Origin: Zancudomyces culisetae HAW-14-8
Taxonomy: Eukaryota > Fungi > Kickxellomycota
Length of the DNA stretch: 64,000 nucleotides
Assembly (NCBI GenBank): GCA_052426225.1
Contig: JBNJNM010000023.1
Span: 558,001-622,000, forward strand
Direction: 5' to 3'
Shown here: piece by piece, positions 24,277-36,167 of the stretch
Layout of the letters: every line of letters starts with the position of its first letter
Numbering within the stretch: position 1 is the stretch's first letter
The notes under the pieces: generated by a model
Databases searched by the model: none
Told to the model about the DNA's origin: nothing
Seen by the model: only the letters and a program-made list of their open reading frames with translations
Translations under genes and position numbers: made by a program

Positions 24277-25282
24277 AGTTGAATCGTGTTTAAGTGAGTA
24301 AGCAACTGAACTGATTTTTAGTATATTTAAATTTTTTTTTTTAAAAAAAATAAAAAAAGTCTGGGTTACGATGAGTAGATTTAAATCTAAAGAAAGATTT
24401 AAGAGAGAGACAAAAGAAGAAGAAGAAGAAAAATAAAGTGGAAGGAGAAGAGAGAAGAGAGAATCTTGAAAAAGAGGTTTATACCGTCATTTTATAGAGA
24501 ATTGTTTACAAAAATAAAAATAGTATGTGGAGTTTTGTGTGTTCAGTACAAAGTTATAGCTACATTTAAAAAATCATTCAATCTAAAGAGCTCATGAATA
24601 CAGCAAATGAGAGTTTAGCTGATAGTATTTAGTATAACGTATGAAAATAATACCACATTAAACAAAACAAAGCAAAAAGAAACAAAAACAAAAGGGGATA
24701 ATGAAACTTTTAATGAATATTCTTTTTATCCAATTTAGAAGGACTTGGAATGGAATGGAATGGAATTGAATGAGGTGAGATGCGAGCAGTTGGAAAAGGG
24801 ATAAAAAGCAAGTAATGAAGGAGGATGAGATAATTGTTTACAAGCCATACTTTTTTTCTTTATTTCTTTTTTTTCATGTAAAATACTTGCAAACACTTGA
24901 TTAAAACGTATTTAGCACCCCCCCCCCTTCCTCCCCCTCCTTTTCCCGCCCCTTAAAACAACATTTACAAAATAAAACCAAAGACCAAAAATCTAATCTA
25001 GTCTTTTCAAGATTATTAATAGATTCTAAATCTATTTCCTATTATGAATTTGTAAAATATAATAATAATAGTAATAAAATATAAATGCAAATATATAAAA
25101 TTGGATACTTTTTTTTTATTGATTTGTTACAAAAATGTATTTTTCTAAAATTTCTGGACTATTAAAATAAAAATAAAAAACATAAGAATAATTAGTAATT
25201 AAATGAATAAATTAATTAAAAAACAATAAACTTGTAATAAAAAGTGAAAATGGTAAATTGGTAAATTGGTAAATTAAACCCA

Positions 25283-28200
25283 TTACTTGAATTTGGAAAA
25301 AACAAAATTATACAATGCAGGAGAAAGTTTGAAAATACTAGGCAAATTAGGAAGGTCCTCGAAACCAACACCATTGGCACTGCCAAGCTTAAAGTTAGAG
25401 AAAAACACAGTCAGCAAACTCAGCAAAAACGCCACAATCGCAGCAAACAGGAAACCCAGGATAATCGAAAACAAAATGGCAGTGCGGGTGCGCGACCGGT
25501 TCATGGAGCGCGAATACAGCGGCATCGAGTTTTGGTTCTTGGGAGCCATCCAGAACAGCAGGGTGGTGTGCAGCGTGTCGATTTTGGGAACCAGACATAC
25601 AAGGAACAGCAGCGAGAGGATTAGGTGGGAAATGACGAAATCGGCTATAAACAGCGACGATTCGATGGCCTTGCATAGCAGCTCGCGCAGGAAAATCAGC
25701 GGGTTGAACAGAGTCTTGGAGGCAGACGGGTTTCGTTGGTGATCAAAGGTGTTGTTGAGTTTGGAACTGGTCCAGTTTCCGGTATACCAAGCCACGTTGT
25801 AGTTGTTGGAAAGAGATTCTCTGGTCAAAAAGAGAGACGACAGTATGGAAAAGATGGCATAGTGGTTGTAGATAACAGTGGAGATTCCTAGGACAGTTCG
25901 GCTGAACGAGTACTGCTCAACGGTATAGACAAAATAAACCAAAAAGACAGAAAACAGCAGCTGCAGAATGCGTGAAATGGAAAACATCACATTGCCATAG
26001 TTGGAAGGCCGGATGTTTATGGCCTTGGAAAACATCAGAGAAAACAGACACAGCAAAAGATTGACAACCGAGTTGAAAATGATGGGGGCAAGAGTAATCA
26101 GCGCAATATAAAACAACGAGCTGTAGAACTTTGGGATGATGAGCTGGCCAGTCGTTGGATCTGTGGTGGTGTTAGGAGAACCAATCCAGCGCGAATGGAC
26201 AAACATAAAGGCAATGTCGATAAGAACGGCTAGGAAGAGAGGAACAATGATGGAAGGTAGAAACAGGTTTGATTTTTTGGCACGTCGAATGTATTTGCGA
26301 GAACTGTTTGAACGGTTGCGTTTGATTCCAACAATTTGACAACGGTTTAGACGAACATAATTGATCCAACTAAAATTAGAAGATTGTTGTTGTTGTTGCT
26401 GTTTTTGTTTTAATTTTTGTTTTAGTTTTAGATTTTGTTGTTGAGGAGTAAATGATAATTTAGATAATGGTCTTTGTAGAGATTTAGATCTAGATCTATT
26501 CTTAGATTTAGAGTTGGAATTGGAATTTGATTTAATAGAATTGTCAACTATAGGAATATCAGTAGTGGCATTTCCAGAGAACAAAAAGAACAAGAACCGA
26601 CGGTAATCAATTAGGAAATCAACCAGCAAGAAATTGTGGGGATTAAAGATGAAAGGCGACAGAATCAACGAGATGATTATAAACCAAAAGAACAGCATGG
26701 GAGTGGCAAAATACGTAGCAGTAATGTATACCAGCAAAATCAAGTTGCGACAACCAAAATATATCGACGATTGAGTAAATTGAGTGTAGAGTGTGGCAAA
26801 CGAGGTTCGAGACGTAGCAAAGCCACGGCCCGTTCCGATATACTTGGCACCACCAAGCACAAAGTTTGAGTGGATGGCATTCGAGTATATCCGAGTAACT
26901 TGGACTTCATACAGAGGAGACAACGACAGAAACTGCTTGAACAGCCGCTTGAACGCCAAATACGCACCCTTTTCAGCCAACATTTGCAGCAGCAGAGGAA
27001 GGAACGAAATGGCAAGAACCGAAAGAATCGACAGAGTGGTTCGTTGGATCCACTTGGTGATGGGAGCAAGGTAGAAGCAAGGCATGTCGTTTTTAAAGTA
27101 GTTGTCGAGATAAAAAGTGCTGTACGGATCAAAGTCAGGAAGACACAGTTGCGAATACGTAGAAAAGGTGGCAATGTAAAGACACGTCAACATGAACAAT
27201 TGAATCGAACCCATAATCATCATGTTGTTTATATGGAAACCAGGATGAGCATAGTAGAACGTAAGGAATCTGTCCAGTGGTAGGAAACAACTGAGCCAGT
27301 AGTATTCACGTGACAGCATTTGTTCGCCCATACCAGTTCCGATTTTGGTGATAAAGTTAAGAGTCGAGCAGAAACCCAAATCTCTTCCCTTTCCACACTG
27401 GAAGTATTCGGTGTGTTTGATACGACCGCCACGACTGAAGGCATTCATTCCAGCATAGATATCTTCGTTGAGATGCAGTCCCTTTTGCGCCTTGGAGAAA
27501 CCACCACGGGTTGACATGAATACAAAATTCATAAAATCAGGATGGCCATAGTGGAGACGACCACCCATTTTGGCCATAATGCGCTGGGTTAGCGTACCAA
27601 AAGTAGCTTCTTTTCCAGCAGCGACATCACCCAGCACACCAGCACTTTCACTGAAAATGTACTCTCTTGCTCCGACTATAGCAACCGAAGGTTTTTGTAA
27701 AAGTGGTTGTAGTTTCTTTTGTTTTATCTGTTGTTCACTTTGGTTTTGGGTTTGATTTTGGGATTGTAGTAGTTGGATTGCATTTGTTGGAGCAAACGAG
27801 TTATAAGGATCAAATTGATTATCGGCATGAGAATTGGAGTATTGTTCAAACTCACCAAGAATGTTTCTGATTTTAAAACACTCTTCAAGGTAATTGTCCT
27901 GGTTCGCATCAATCATTTGCAGGTACTCGCCACGCACAAAGATGACGGCATGGTTCTGATTGTCCGACTTTCCATCGCCAAGAATTGGATTTCCAGCCAG
28001 TTCTATTCGATACTTGGGTCTGCGGAACCCACTAGGCAACAATGGACACGAATAATCAACCAGGCAACTATACACACGCACCGTCTTGGTTGCTGAATCG
28101 ATAGCCTCTTCAATAAACGCAATTTGCAGGTTCTTGTAACTCTTCATCAAAAACTCGACATTTTCCAACTCCTCCGCATTGAACTTCATGTACCGCTGCA

Positions 28201-31200
28201 TCGCTATTACAAACTTGAATTTCCTATTGGCCATCGCATCCAAATGGCTGGCTAGGTGCTCAGACCCTTGTCCGCCATACAACGAAACAGTCGTTGGAGA
28301 TTCAATACGATGAAGAATTTTGATTGCCTTTGCATAATTCATAAACCCAGAAATTGTTCGGTACAGAGTTTGCGATCGAAGAGAAGCCCAGATTCTTGTT
28401 CGAAAAGTAAATTCTGGAGCTGCATGTTTAAACCCAATTGACTGGAAATAATAAGCATCATTATTCCCATCTTTTTCTTTTTCCTTTTCTTTTTCTTTTT
28501 CTTTCTCCTTTTCTTTGTCTTTGTCTTTAAAAGGAGTTGGAGCAGAAATAGTCATTTTTTTACCAGTTGGAGTACTTGTTGGAGAAATTTTCGGAGTGTT
28601 TGAGTTTGTTGATGATAAATTCTCAGTTGAAACATACCGACTCTGTGGATTACTTTGGTAATAAGCTTCTGGATTATTAGCCACCATTTCCTTTGTATCC
28701 GTTACAAAATTGTCCCATTCGTCAGGATGCAACGATTTCAAATAATCCAATGCTGTCACCCGTGAAAAACTATCGCTTTCCCGAATAATCTCTCGAAGAC
28801 TCAATATGATCTTCTCCTCATAATGCGGAGTCAACACTGTAAATGTCGGCATCTTCTCTACCGGCAAAGGTTCAGGAATATCCGGCATCGTCAACGAATG
28901 TGCAAAGAACTCCAGTCGGCGCTCTGCCTCGCTCTTTGGTGTATAAAACGCACTCGCCGGCTTTCCATTTCGATTCTCTAGGAAATAGTCTGGCGTCTTT
29001 AACAACAAAACTTGGTCGCTGTCTTGGCCATCCATTTCCCCACTACTCACACTCACGCTTTTTTTGGCCCGCAACAAACCACCGGTTTCTTGCCCTTGTC
29101 CTGGCTGCTTCTCGGATGACACTTGGTAAAACAATAGATTCTTGACGTTCTCTATTCCTAGCAAATGCTCGCGATACATACTAATCACTATAGCATTCCA
29201 CACCTGCGAACACAATTCCTTGGGTTTACAATGAATATCCATTTCATTCGTTGCCAGCAGCTTTGTATATATCCGCTTGGGAGTTCCACTGAGCACTTTG
29301 CTCATTGGCTGGAATATCGTTGCTACCCCAGCCTGGCCAACATATGTAAACACCGAAAATGCCGTGTTGATTAGCGAGTACCATAAATACGTATCCAAAA
29401 AAAACAAAATCAAATCCAAAAACAACACCAACCCCAATGCTATAAACCTCTGGCCTGAACACAGTACCGAGCCTATCCATCTTTCATAACACACCTGTGG
29501 TACATACAAATACAACCACTGGATAGTATCACGCACCGACAGCACCAAGAAAAAGTACGACTCCAAGTACTTGGCCAAAAAGATTATAAACCACATTCCC
29601 ACACTCAATAAACGACCAGACCGATCGAGCTTTGGAAAATTCGTTGTAAAAGTACGGTTGACAGGTGCCCGCGGCTGTTGAAACAACTTTCCCGGAGGAA
29701 CAATTCCCAAGACCAACGTAATCACCACACTCATTCCCAAATATATCTTGGAACACAAAGAAACCAGCGAAAACTGGTTCCGCAGAGCCTTGGACACACT
29801 GCTGTTCGGCTTGACAGTGCCAGTCCTTGCGTCGTATTTCGGATCCTTTCCATACTTTAACAACATGAAAAACGGAACCAACTCAACCACAATCAACAAT
29901 ATAAACAATACACACCGCCGCAACAACACCGAAACATTGCGGTAGTTGACTTGTATAAACGTATACTCCAACAACGTACCACAAAGCGCAATCAGCGGCG
30001 CAAACACACCCATCACGCCTATCGTCGCCAGCTTTGTCGGCGTCACATCTTCAAACGGCAACTCGGCGCCCATATTGTCAACGCGCTGGAACGTCGGCAC
30101 AAATCGGTAGAGATACGACGAGTCGTACAGAAACCCTGACACACTCATCAGGTAGTAGAAATACACCGTAATGTGCAGAATCCAAATCCGGCTGAAATTC
30201 GTCACAAAATGCATCATTGTCCGCCGCTCTCGGTACGTCTTGCACATACTCGCCGTGTAGTCCATATGCTTCATCGCCGCATATCTCTCCGCTGGTGGAA
30301 TCGACATCAGCTTGTCTCCTCGCTCCGTCACCAGTCGCTCCAACCCCTCACGTGTCCAAAACACCTCGTTGATATCGTCGTACCCTATAGTCTTGTCATG
30401 GTCTTTATCGCTATTCACTACTGTTGTCGCGCCTTTATAACTCTTTTTTTTAAACCGCTGCGTCCGAATATATTCATAAATCGGCCGAATCACATCTTGC
30501 AAATAATTCACCTGTCCTGAAATCAGTGCTCGGTCCGTCTCCACAACATTGGTTTGGTGGTAGTCGTAACATATCTTGAATATAAAACACAAAAACTCGG
30601 GACAATACCTCAAGTTTCCTGCCTCTCCCCACACCAACAACCACAACGCTATCTGCCGCACCCGCTCCTGACTATTCATTTGCAACATTGCCTCGTGCCA
30701 TTTCCTCTCATATTCTGCTTGTTTCTTTCCTTTTCCTTTCCCTCCTTTTCCTTTCCCTCCTTTTCCTTTTGTTTTATTGCCTTGTAGATAATAACTATAT
30801 GATTCTGAATCTACTACATCCACTTCAAATTGTGTACTAAAATACCATTTACGATAATTCGCCTCAATTCCTCCTATATAATCTGCATGTAACGTCAACA
30901 ACGCCATTCTCGGTGTCATTCGTGATGCTCTACTATCCAACATTGACATCATCATCTCATACATATTCCTCATACTGTCTACTTGGAATCCTAAACTGCT
31001 TTGTAAATCTTCAAATATACTTATAATCTCTTCTTTACTAATTGGAATCAATGTAACATCACTCCATCCTGGATATTCCTTTTCTCCGTCTCCCATTCCT
31101 TCCTCTTCTATTCCTCCTATTCCTCCTCCTCTACCATATACATCCGTATTATAACCATAGGCTCCTTCATCCTCTTGCGACCACCCTCCTTTTCCTCTCC

Positions 31201-32125
31201 TTCCTCCTGCTCCTGCTCCTGCTCCCTTTCCAAAATTCCTTCCATATCCTGATTTTTGTGTTCTCATTGCCGATGCCTGATTAATCAAATTCGTAAACGA
31301 CATTGAACTGCTCGAATACTCTCCATACCTTCCACTTTCCGGTCGGTTGTTTCCTTTATACTCTCCAAATATATCTAGCGCCTGCATTGACCGCTGCATA
31401 CCACTGCTGGAATAACTAAACGACGACCTTTGCGAATACATGTTTGGATATTGTGGCTCCATAAAGTTGTCTGAGCTGTCGGTATGCTCATTTTCTTGTT
31501 CATAATCTCCCTCTTCCTCATATTCCCCTGCCTTGTTTTTGCTTTTACTTCTACTTTTGCTTCTACTATTGCTTTTCTCTAGTGGTGGTGTAATTTTTTT
31601 ATTCAAATATCCTAATCTAAATTCTCCTAATCCATCGTTTTTTCCTCCTTCTTTAACCCTTTTTTGACTTTTATCTCCAATCCCTCCATCTTTATCTCCA
31701 TCTCCATCTCTATATCCAAATCCTTGTCTATAGCTAGATCCTTCACTTTCACCATTATATCCTTGATGAAGTGCAAGTCCCGCAATTACATCGCCTTCTT
31801 CCTCTTCTTCTTGTCCCTCCATCTCATCATATATAGCTAACCCGGTTTCATCGCCATAATCTGACGTATTATATTCCTCTGATTCATATTGATATTCTTT
31901 TTTCCCCCTTTCTTCGCGCCTGTATCCATTATTATTCCTAGCATAATTATATTGGTAATCATTATACCCTGTATTACCATTACCATTGCTGCTACCATTA
32001 CCAGCACCATTTCCTCTACTCCTTTCTTCGTTTTTGAAATATATTCCTTCAGTATCTTCCTCCATCTCTTCCTCCACTCTATTTATCCTCCTGGCATTCC
32101 CCCTATTACTTGTATTTCCTTCCAT
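25283..32125 (-). CDS. FKS1: 1,3-beta-glucan synthase catalytic subunit (GT48), 2280 aa, intronless
   Basis: LLVWGEAGNLRYCPE, IGYDDINEVFW, EAERRLEFFAHSL, MPTFTVLTPHY, RIWASLRSQTLYRT, GDGKSDNQN, IDANQDNYLEE, HYGHPD, LHLNEDI, QCGKGRDLG, KIGTGMGEQMLSRE; multiple TM segments. Confidence 0.99.
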   Translation of the reverse strand: MEGNTSNRGNARRINRVEEEMEEDTEGIYFKNEERSRGNGAGNGSSNGNGNTGYNDYQYNYARNNNGYRREERGKKEYQYESEEYNTSDYGDETGLAIYDEMEGQEEEEEGDVIAGLALHQGYNGESEGSSYRQGFGYRDGDGDKDGGIGDKSQKRVKEGGKNDGLGEFRLGYLNKKITPPLEKSNSRSKSRSKSKNKAGEYEEEGDYEQENEHTDSSDNFMEPQYPNMYSQRSSFSYSSSGMQRSMQALDIFGEYKGNNRPESGRYGEYSSSSMSFTNLINQASAMRTQKSGYGRNFGKGAGAGAGGRRGKGGWSQEDEGAYGYNTDVYGRGGGIGGIEEEGMGDGEKEYPGWSDVTLIPISKEEIISIFEDLQSSLGFQVDSMRNMYEMMMSMLDSRASRMTPRMALLTLHADYIGGIEANYRKWYFSTQFEVDVVDSESYSYYLQGNKTKGKGGKGKGGKGKGKKQAEYERKWHEAMLQMNSQERVRQIALWLLVWGEAGNLRYCPEFLCFIFKICYDYHQTNVVETDRALISGQVNYLQDVIRPIYEYIRTQRFKKKSYKGATTVVNSDKDHDKTIGYDDINEVFWTREGLERLVTERGDKLMSIPPAERYAAMKHMDYTASMCKTYRERRTMMHFVTNFSRIWILHITVYFYYLMSVSGFLYDSSYLYRFVPTFQRVDNMGAELPFEDVTPTKLATIGVMGVFAPLIALCGTLLEYTFIQVNYRNVSVLLRRCVLFILLIVVELVPFFMLLKYGKDPKYDARTGTVKPNSSVSKALRNQFSLVSLCSKIYLGMSVVITLVLGIVPPGKLFQQPRAPVNRTFTTNFPKLDRSGRLLSVGMWFIIFLAKYLESYFFLVLSVRDTIQWLYLYVPQVCYERWIGSVLCSGQRFIALGLVLFLDLILFFLDTYLWYSLINTAFSVFTYVGQAGVATIFQPMSKVLSGTPKRIYTKLLATNEMDIHCKPKELCSQVWNAIVISMYREHLLGIENVKNLLFYQVSSEKQPGQGQETGGLLRAKKSVSVSSGEMDGQDSDQVLLLKTPDYFLENRNGKPASAFYTPKSEAERRLEFFAHSLTMPDIPEPLPVEKMPTFTVLTPHYEEKIILSLREIIRESDSFSRVTALDYLKSLHPDEWDNFVTDTKEMVANNPEAYYQSNPQSRYVSTENLSSTNSNTPKISPTSTPTGKKMTISAPTPFKDKDKEKEKEKEKEKEKEKDGNNDAYYFQSIGFKHAAPEFTFRTRIWASLRSQTLYRTISGFMNYAKAIKILHRIESPTTVSLYGGQGSEHLASHLDAMANRKFKFVIAMQRYMKFNAEELENVEFLMKSYKNLQIAFIEEAIDSATKTVRVYSCLVDYSCPLLPSGFRRPKYRIELAGNPILGDGKSDNQNHAVIFVRGEYLQMIDANQDNYLEECFKIRNILGEFEQYSNSHADNQFDPYNSFAPTNAIQLLQSQNQTQNQSEQQIKQKKLQPLLQKPSVAIVGAREYIFSESAGVLGDVAAGKEATFGTLTQRIMAKMGGRLHYGHPDFMNFVFMSTRGGFSKAQKGLHLNEDIYAGMNAFSRGGRIKHTEYFQCGKGRDLGFCSTLNFITKIGTGMGEQMLSREYYWLSCFLPLDRFLTFYYAHPGFHINNMMIMGSIQLFMLTCLYIATFSTYSQLCLPDFDPYSTFYLDNYFKNDMPCFYLAPITKWIQRTTLSILSVLAISFLPLLLQMLAEKGAYLAFKRLFKQFLSLSPLYEVQVTRIYSNAIHSNFVLGGAKYIGTGRGFATSRTSFATLYTQFTQSSIYFGCRNLILLVYITATYFATPMLFFWFIIISLILSPFIFNPHNFLLVDFLIDYRRFLFFLFSGNATTDIPIVDNSIKSNSNSNSKSKNRSRSKSLQRPLSKLSFTPQQQNLKLKQKLKQKQQQQQQSSNFSWINYVRLNRCQIVGIKRNRSNSSRKYIRRAKKSNLFLPSIIVPLFLAVLIDIAFMFVHSRWIGSPNTTTDPTTGQLIIPKFYSSLFYIALITLAPIIFNSVVNLLLCLFSLMFSKAINIRPSNYGNVMFSISRILQLLFSVFLVYFVYTVEQYSFSRTVLGISTVIYNHYAIFSILSSLFLTRESLSNNYNVAWYTGNWTSSKLNNTFDHQRNPSASKTLFNPLIFLRELLCKAIESSLFIADFVISHLILSLLFLVCLVPKIDTLHTTLLFWMAPKNQNSMPLYSRSMNRSRTRTAILFSIILGFLFAAIVAFLLSLLTVFFSNFKLGSANGVGFEDLPNLPSIFKLSPALYNFVFSKFK

Positions 32126-35100
32126 CTCTTAATATCCCTTTTTTTGCTTTACCGTATCTATACCTTTTTATTCTCCCTTTTGTTCTTTCTTTAATTTTAA
32201 CTATCAATTCTCCTAGGTATATCCACTTCTCCCACTACTCTTCTTTTCTGTAGTCAATAATTTACTGCTCTGTTCAATGTTGCGATTTTCCTATCTAGTC
32301 TAGTCTAGTCTATTCTATTTTGTTTTGTTTAATTTCTTGACTATTCAATCTCAACTATTATATAATTTCCAATACAATACAATCCTCAAAGATTTATCTA
32401 TAGCCACTTTCTAAAACGTATTCCTGTAATACTACTTTTTCCTCCTTTTAATTACTTGATTAATATTTGTATTGTTTGATTGAAATTTAAATAGTTTCCT
32501 TTGTTCTTGTTTTTAAATGGCAAATTATTCGGAATATTTCAGTCAGTATTTACATTTACTATACTTTTAGACTCGTATATATATATTGTGTCAATAAAAA
32601 CCAGTATCAGTGAAAACTCCGCCTTTTTTTTTCTTCTTTGGTTTTGCTGGTTCCTTCTATTATACTTGTCTATTTATCCCTCTATATCGTTATGTTGTAC
32701 CTGTACCTGTACCTGTATTTATACATATACATATACATATACACTCACAAATATATACGTTTTCAAGTATTTATTTTAGTACTGTCTTTACGACTTTGCT
32801 GTTATATGCTCTTTAAACAAGTGTGATGCTAAAAAAGTTATTTTTCGAGTCTGATTCTTTTAATATCGCTTCCTTTCCTCACTTTTGCTCCTTTTCTTTG
32901 TTTTCTTGCTTTATGACTTTTTTTTTTCTTTCACCGTTATTATTTCAAAATATTGATTATATGTAGCTTATTTATCGCTTTGTCTAATCCATACCCTCTC
33001 TTTGTATATATTGGCAATATCAAAAGTTTTTTATCTATCCCACTATATCTCTTGAACATTAACAACCTTACCAACTTTTACAGGAGAAAGAATGTATATT
33101 AAAAATAAACAGTCTAGTAAATGAAAAAAATATATATATGTAGAGTACTCTTTTTTTTTTGTTATTTCATCAATGTAGTTTTGAAAAATACCCGTAACAG
33201 TTGAATTAAATGAATAAAAATAGCTTGTGCTAATTGCAGGCTATATTTACTTTTATTATAAGCTAAATCCTGTTGCAACAAAATTTTATTTATTGCCTAA
33301 TTTCCACTAAAATACCACGTTTATTATTTTTTTTTTTAGCACAGCCAAATGAGCATGCTGATTTGTTTTCTATTAAAAATTCTGTATTAGAAACATAGGT
33401 TTGTTTTTTTCTGTATTTAAAAAAAAAATTTTTTTTTCTATTCTTCATTTATGGATTAGTATTCCACAACCTTGGTTAAAACAACTTTACAACACACATT
33501 ATAGTAAAAAAAAACAAAAAGTACAAAAGCAAAAAAAAAAACAAAAAATTAATCCATTTATTTTTTAAATGGAATATAGTAATTTTACTTTTCATACACC
33601 AATTACGTACTTTTAATCCGATATTTGTTCAATTTATAGCACACTATACAAACTCAAGTAATATCCACCACCACTTGTTCTATTTTACCAAACAAAAAAT
33701 TACATAAATAATAAACGCTAATCCATAGGATATCTCGAACTATTTGTCCTTATCCTCCACCCTCCAACTCTCAAACCCTCTCTCCTACTCCTCCTCCTCC
33801 CCCCCCTTTTTTTATCCATCTATTGCTTTCATATCCAGTCAAGATGTAATATGATTCTTTAATTTTCCATCAATAAAAAAAATCCGGCGTTTATAAGCCA
33901 CTCATTGCCCTGGCGGTATTACCAATTTTCTCAAGCCCAACTTATTTTTCCACTTTCCCCATTTCTTGATGTATAAAACCAACTATTTGTTTTTAATATC
34001 ACATTGGATATATCCGTTCCTCACATGCATTTCAACTTTTGCTATACTTTTCTTTTACAAGGTGGTAGAAAAAAGAGTGAATACGAGAGGAGTAGAAGAA
34101 AGTACAGACAGTGGCATGTTTACCTCTGAATTCTCTCTCCCCCTCCCTTTCTTCCCTCCTTCCTTCCCCCACTCTTGCTGTCATCTAAACCACTATTCTT
34201 ATTTTTGAACTTTATGTAAAACACCCTTTTTTCACCAACTCCGCCTTTAGCCGAAAATTTCTGGCTGTATTTTGCAACACATTTAATAATCATTCCCCAT
34301 TCCACTTTTTTTCTTCCTATCATATTTTCTATTTTTTTTTTTTGCGAACTTATGAATGTTGAAAAAGGAGGGTGGGGGGAGGGGAGGAAGAAAGTTTAAT
34401 GGCTTTTTTCTTTTCCAGGATATGTTGCACTTTGGTTGGTATGATTATTCTCCATTTCTGTTATTTTACTTTGCTATTTGAAGCCGACCATGCAGTTTGC
34501 AAGTATTTACAAGTACCCGGTTTTAAATGTTTTTCTTTACCACGTTTCAGTTCATAATCGTCATTTCGTCACATCCAATAATCCCGTTTTTCTGGTCTAT
34601 TTTTAAACCTCAAACTTTTAAATCCGCAATGCTATTTTTTTCTAGCTGTAAACAAATACCACCACCTTTATTCGCTAGCAATTTTAACTTTTTAATTCCG
34701 TTTATCCATTTGCCAAAGCATTTTTTTTCATGTTTGATTCTTTTTAATTTTTTTCAAATAAATTATGCTTTTAATCTTATAAACTCAGATTACAATAGAT
34801 AAACAATCATGTTAGTTTCTAAACTAAATCTTTTGAACGATGTCAGATTTGCAAATCATTTAATACACCCCAATTCAGTAATCTTGTTTTGTTTTGTATT
34901 TTGATGATTGGACATTTATTTCTGCATATACACCCCGTGCTCAACATTTTCATTTGAAGTCTAAAAGTTACATGTTTCCCGTTTCTTTTTTTTTTGGTTA
35001 TTTTTTGAATGAAATATTAATTGTAATAACAACAATAGTCTTAGTCATAGTACACCTCTATTATCTCTGACTCGGTAATCCCACTACATTTCTACCCGAA

Positions 35101-35603
35101 ATAAACCTATCAGTGACTCACCTCATATTTTATATACGTAACCCAAATATTACTATTGCTTTTGTTGGATATATACATTTCACCCTCATCACAGTTAGCT
35201 TGGATCCCACTGTTTTGTTTACTTTTAATTTATCTCCTCATTGTGATTTTTCTTTTGGGTCATTGACAGCTATTCAGCCCATCACATTCCCTTCTCTATA
35301 CCCCCACATTGTGTTTATAGATATATTACCTAATACTAGTGCTGAGCTGCACATAACAAATCGTACCATAATTGCTACCCCATAAATGTACCACCACCTC
35401 TTTCCATGAAACTGTTGCTAATGACCCGTTTCGATATCACATACTTATCTCTGCTAAGCTCTTTCACCCGTGTTGAAAATGACTCGTGTGTAGGGTACAT
35501 TCTATTTTGCTCTTTAAACATCAAATATGCTAATCTCTACCAATTCTAATACCAATATCCACAAATTACATTGCCCATTGTTAATCCATGACACCATCAT
35601 GTG

Positions 35604-35643
35604 TTTACCTCTTTACCTCTTTACCTCTTTTCCTCTTTTCCTC
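35604..35643. repeat. 8-bp tandem repeat (TTTACCTC/TTTTCCTC)x5
   Basis: Read directly. Confidence 0.75.
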
Positions 35644-36167
35644 TTTTTGCTTTTAGCTTGATCTACTCCGCCCTGTTCACCTGCCTCTAGTACTATATAA
35701 AACTTGTTTATTATGCATATAGCTTCATGCTCTTGTCTCTCACACAATATCACGGTTATTATCATCCAATATATATCTATGCATCACTTTCCACCATGAA
35801 AACGTGTCTTGGACAACCCCTCCCTCCCACCACTTTTATGCCCAAAAGTTTAAAAAATATGTACACCATTTCATTTGTTGTATACCACTCCCTGTATCCT
35901 CTCACCCCCTTCCCCCTAACACAGCAACTAACCATCTCAAAAATTTAGTTATTCTTTTATTACATATACCACGTTGTGCGCTAACTGACATCAACTAGAC
36001 ATCAACGTGATTTTACAACACGATTACGCTGGATATCCAGTGATACAATTACCAACAGAATAAATCACAAAAATGTATTTTTACGTATTACTAGACAACT
36101 TCATTATGAATCAACATGTTTATTAACATTTATTCAATCTAACACCAAAAGTTGGTAAAACTGTTTT

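Noticed and set aside
25287-32194. Many antisense or alternate-frame ORFs over FKS1 (similarly over CAP, CAT2, GH72 and the ankyrin genes)
   Set aside because: Shadow ORFs of real coding sequence with no motifs.
32501-35998. Short Phe/Leu/Tyr-rich ORFs upstream of FKS1
   Set aside because: Products of T-rich low-complexity DNA and microsatellites, several with non-ATG starts.
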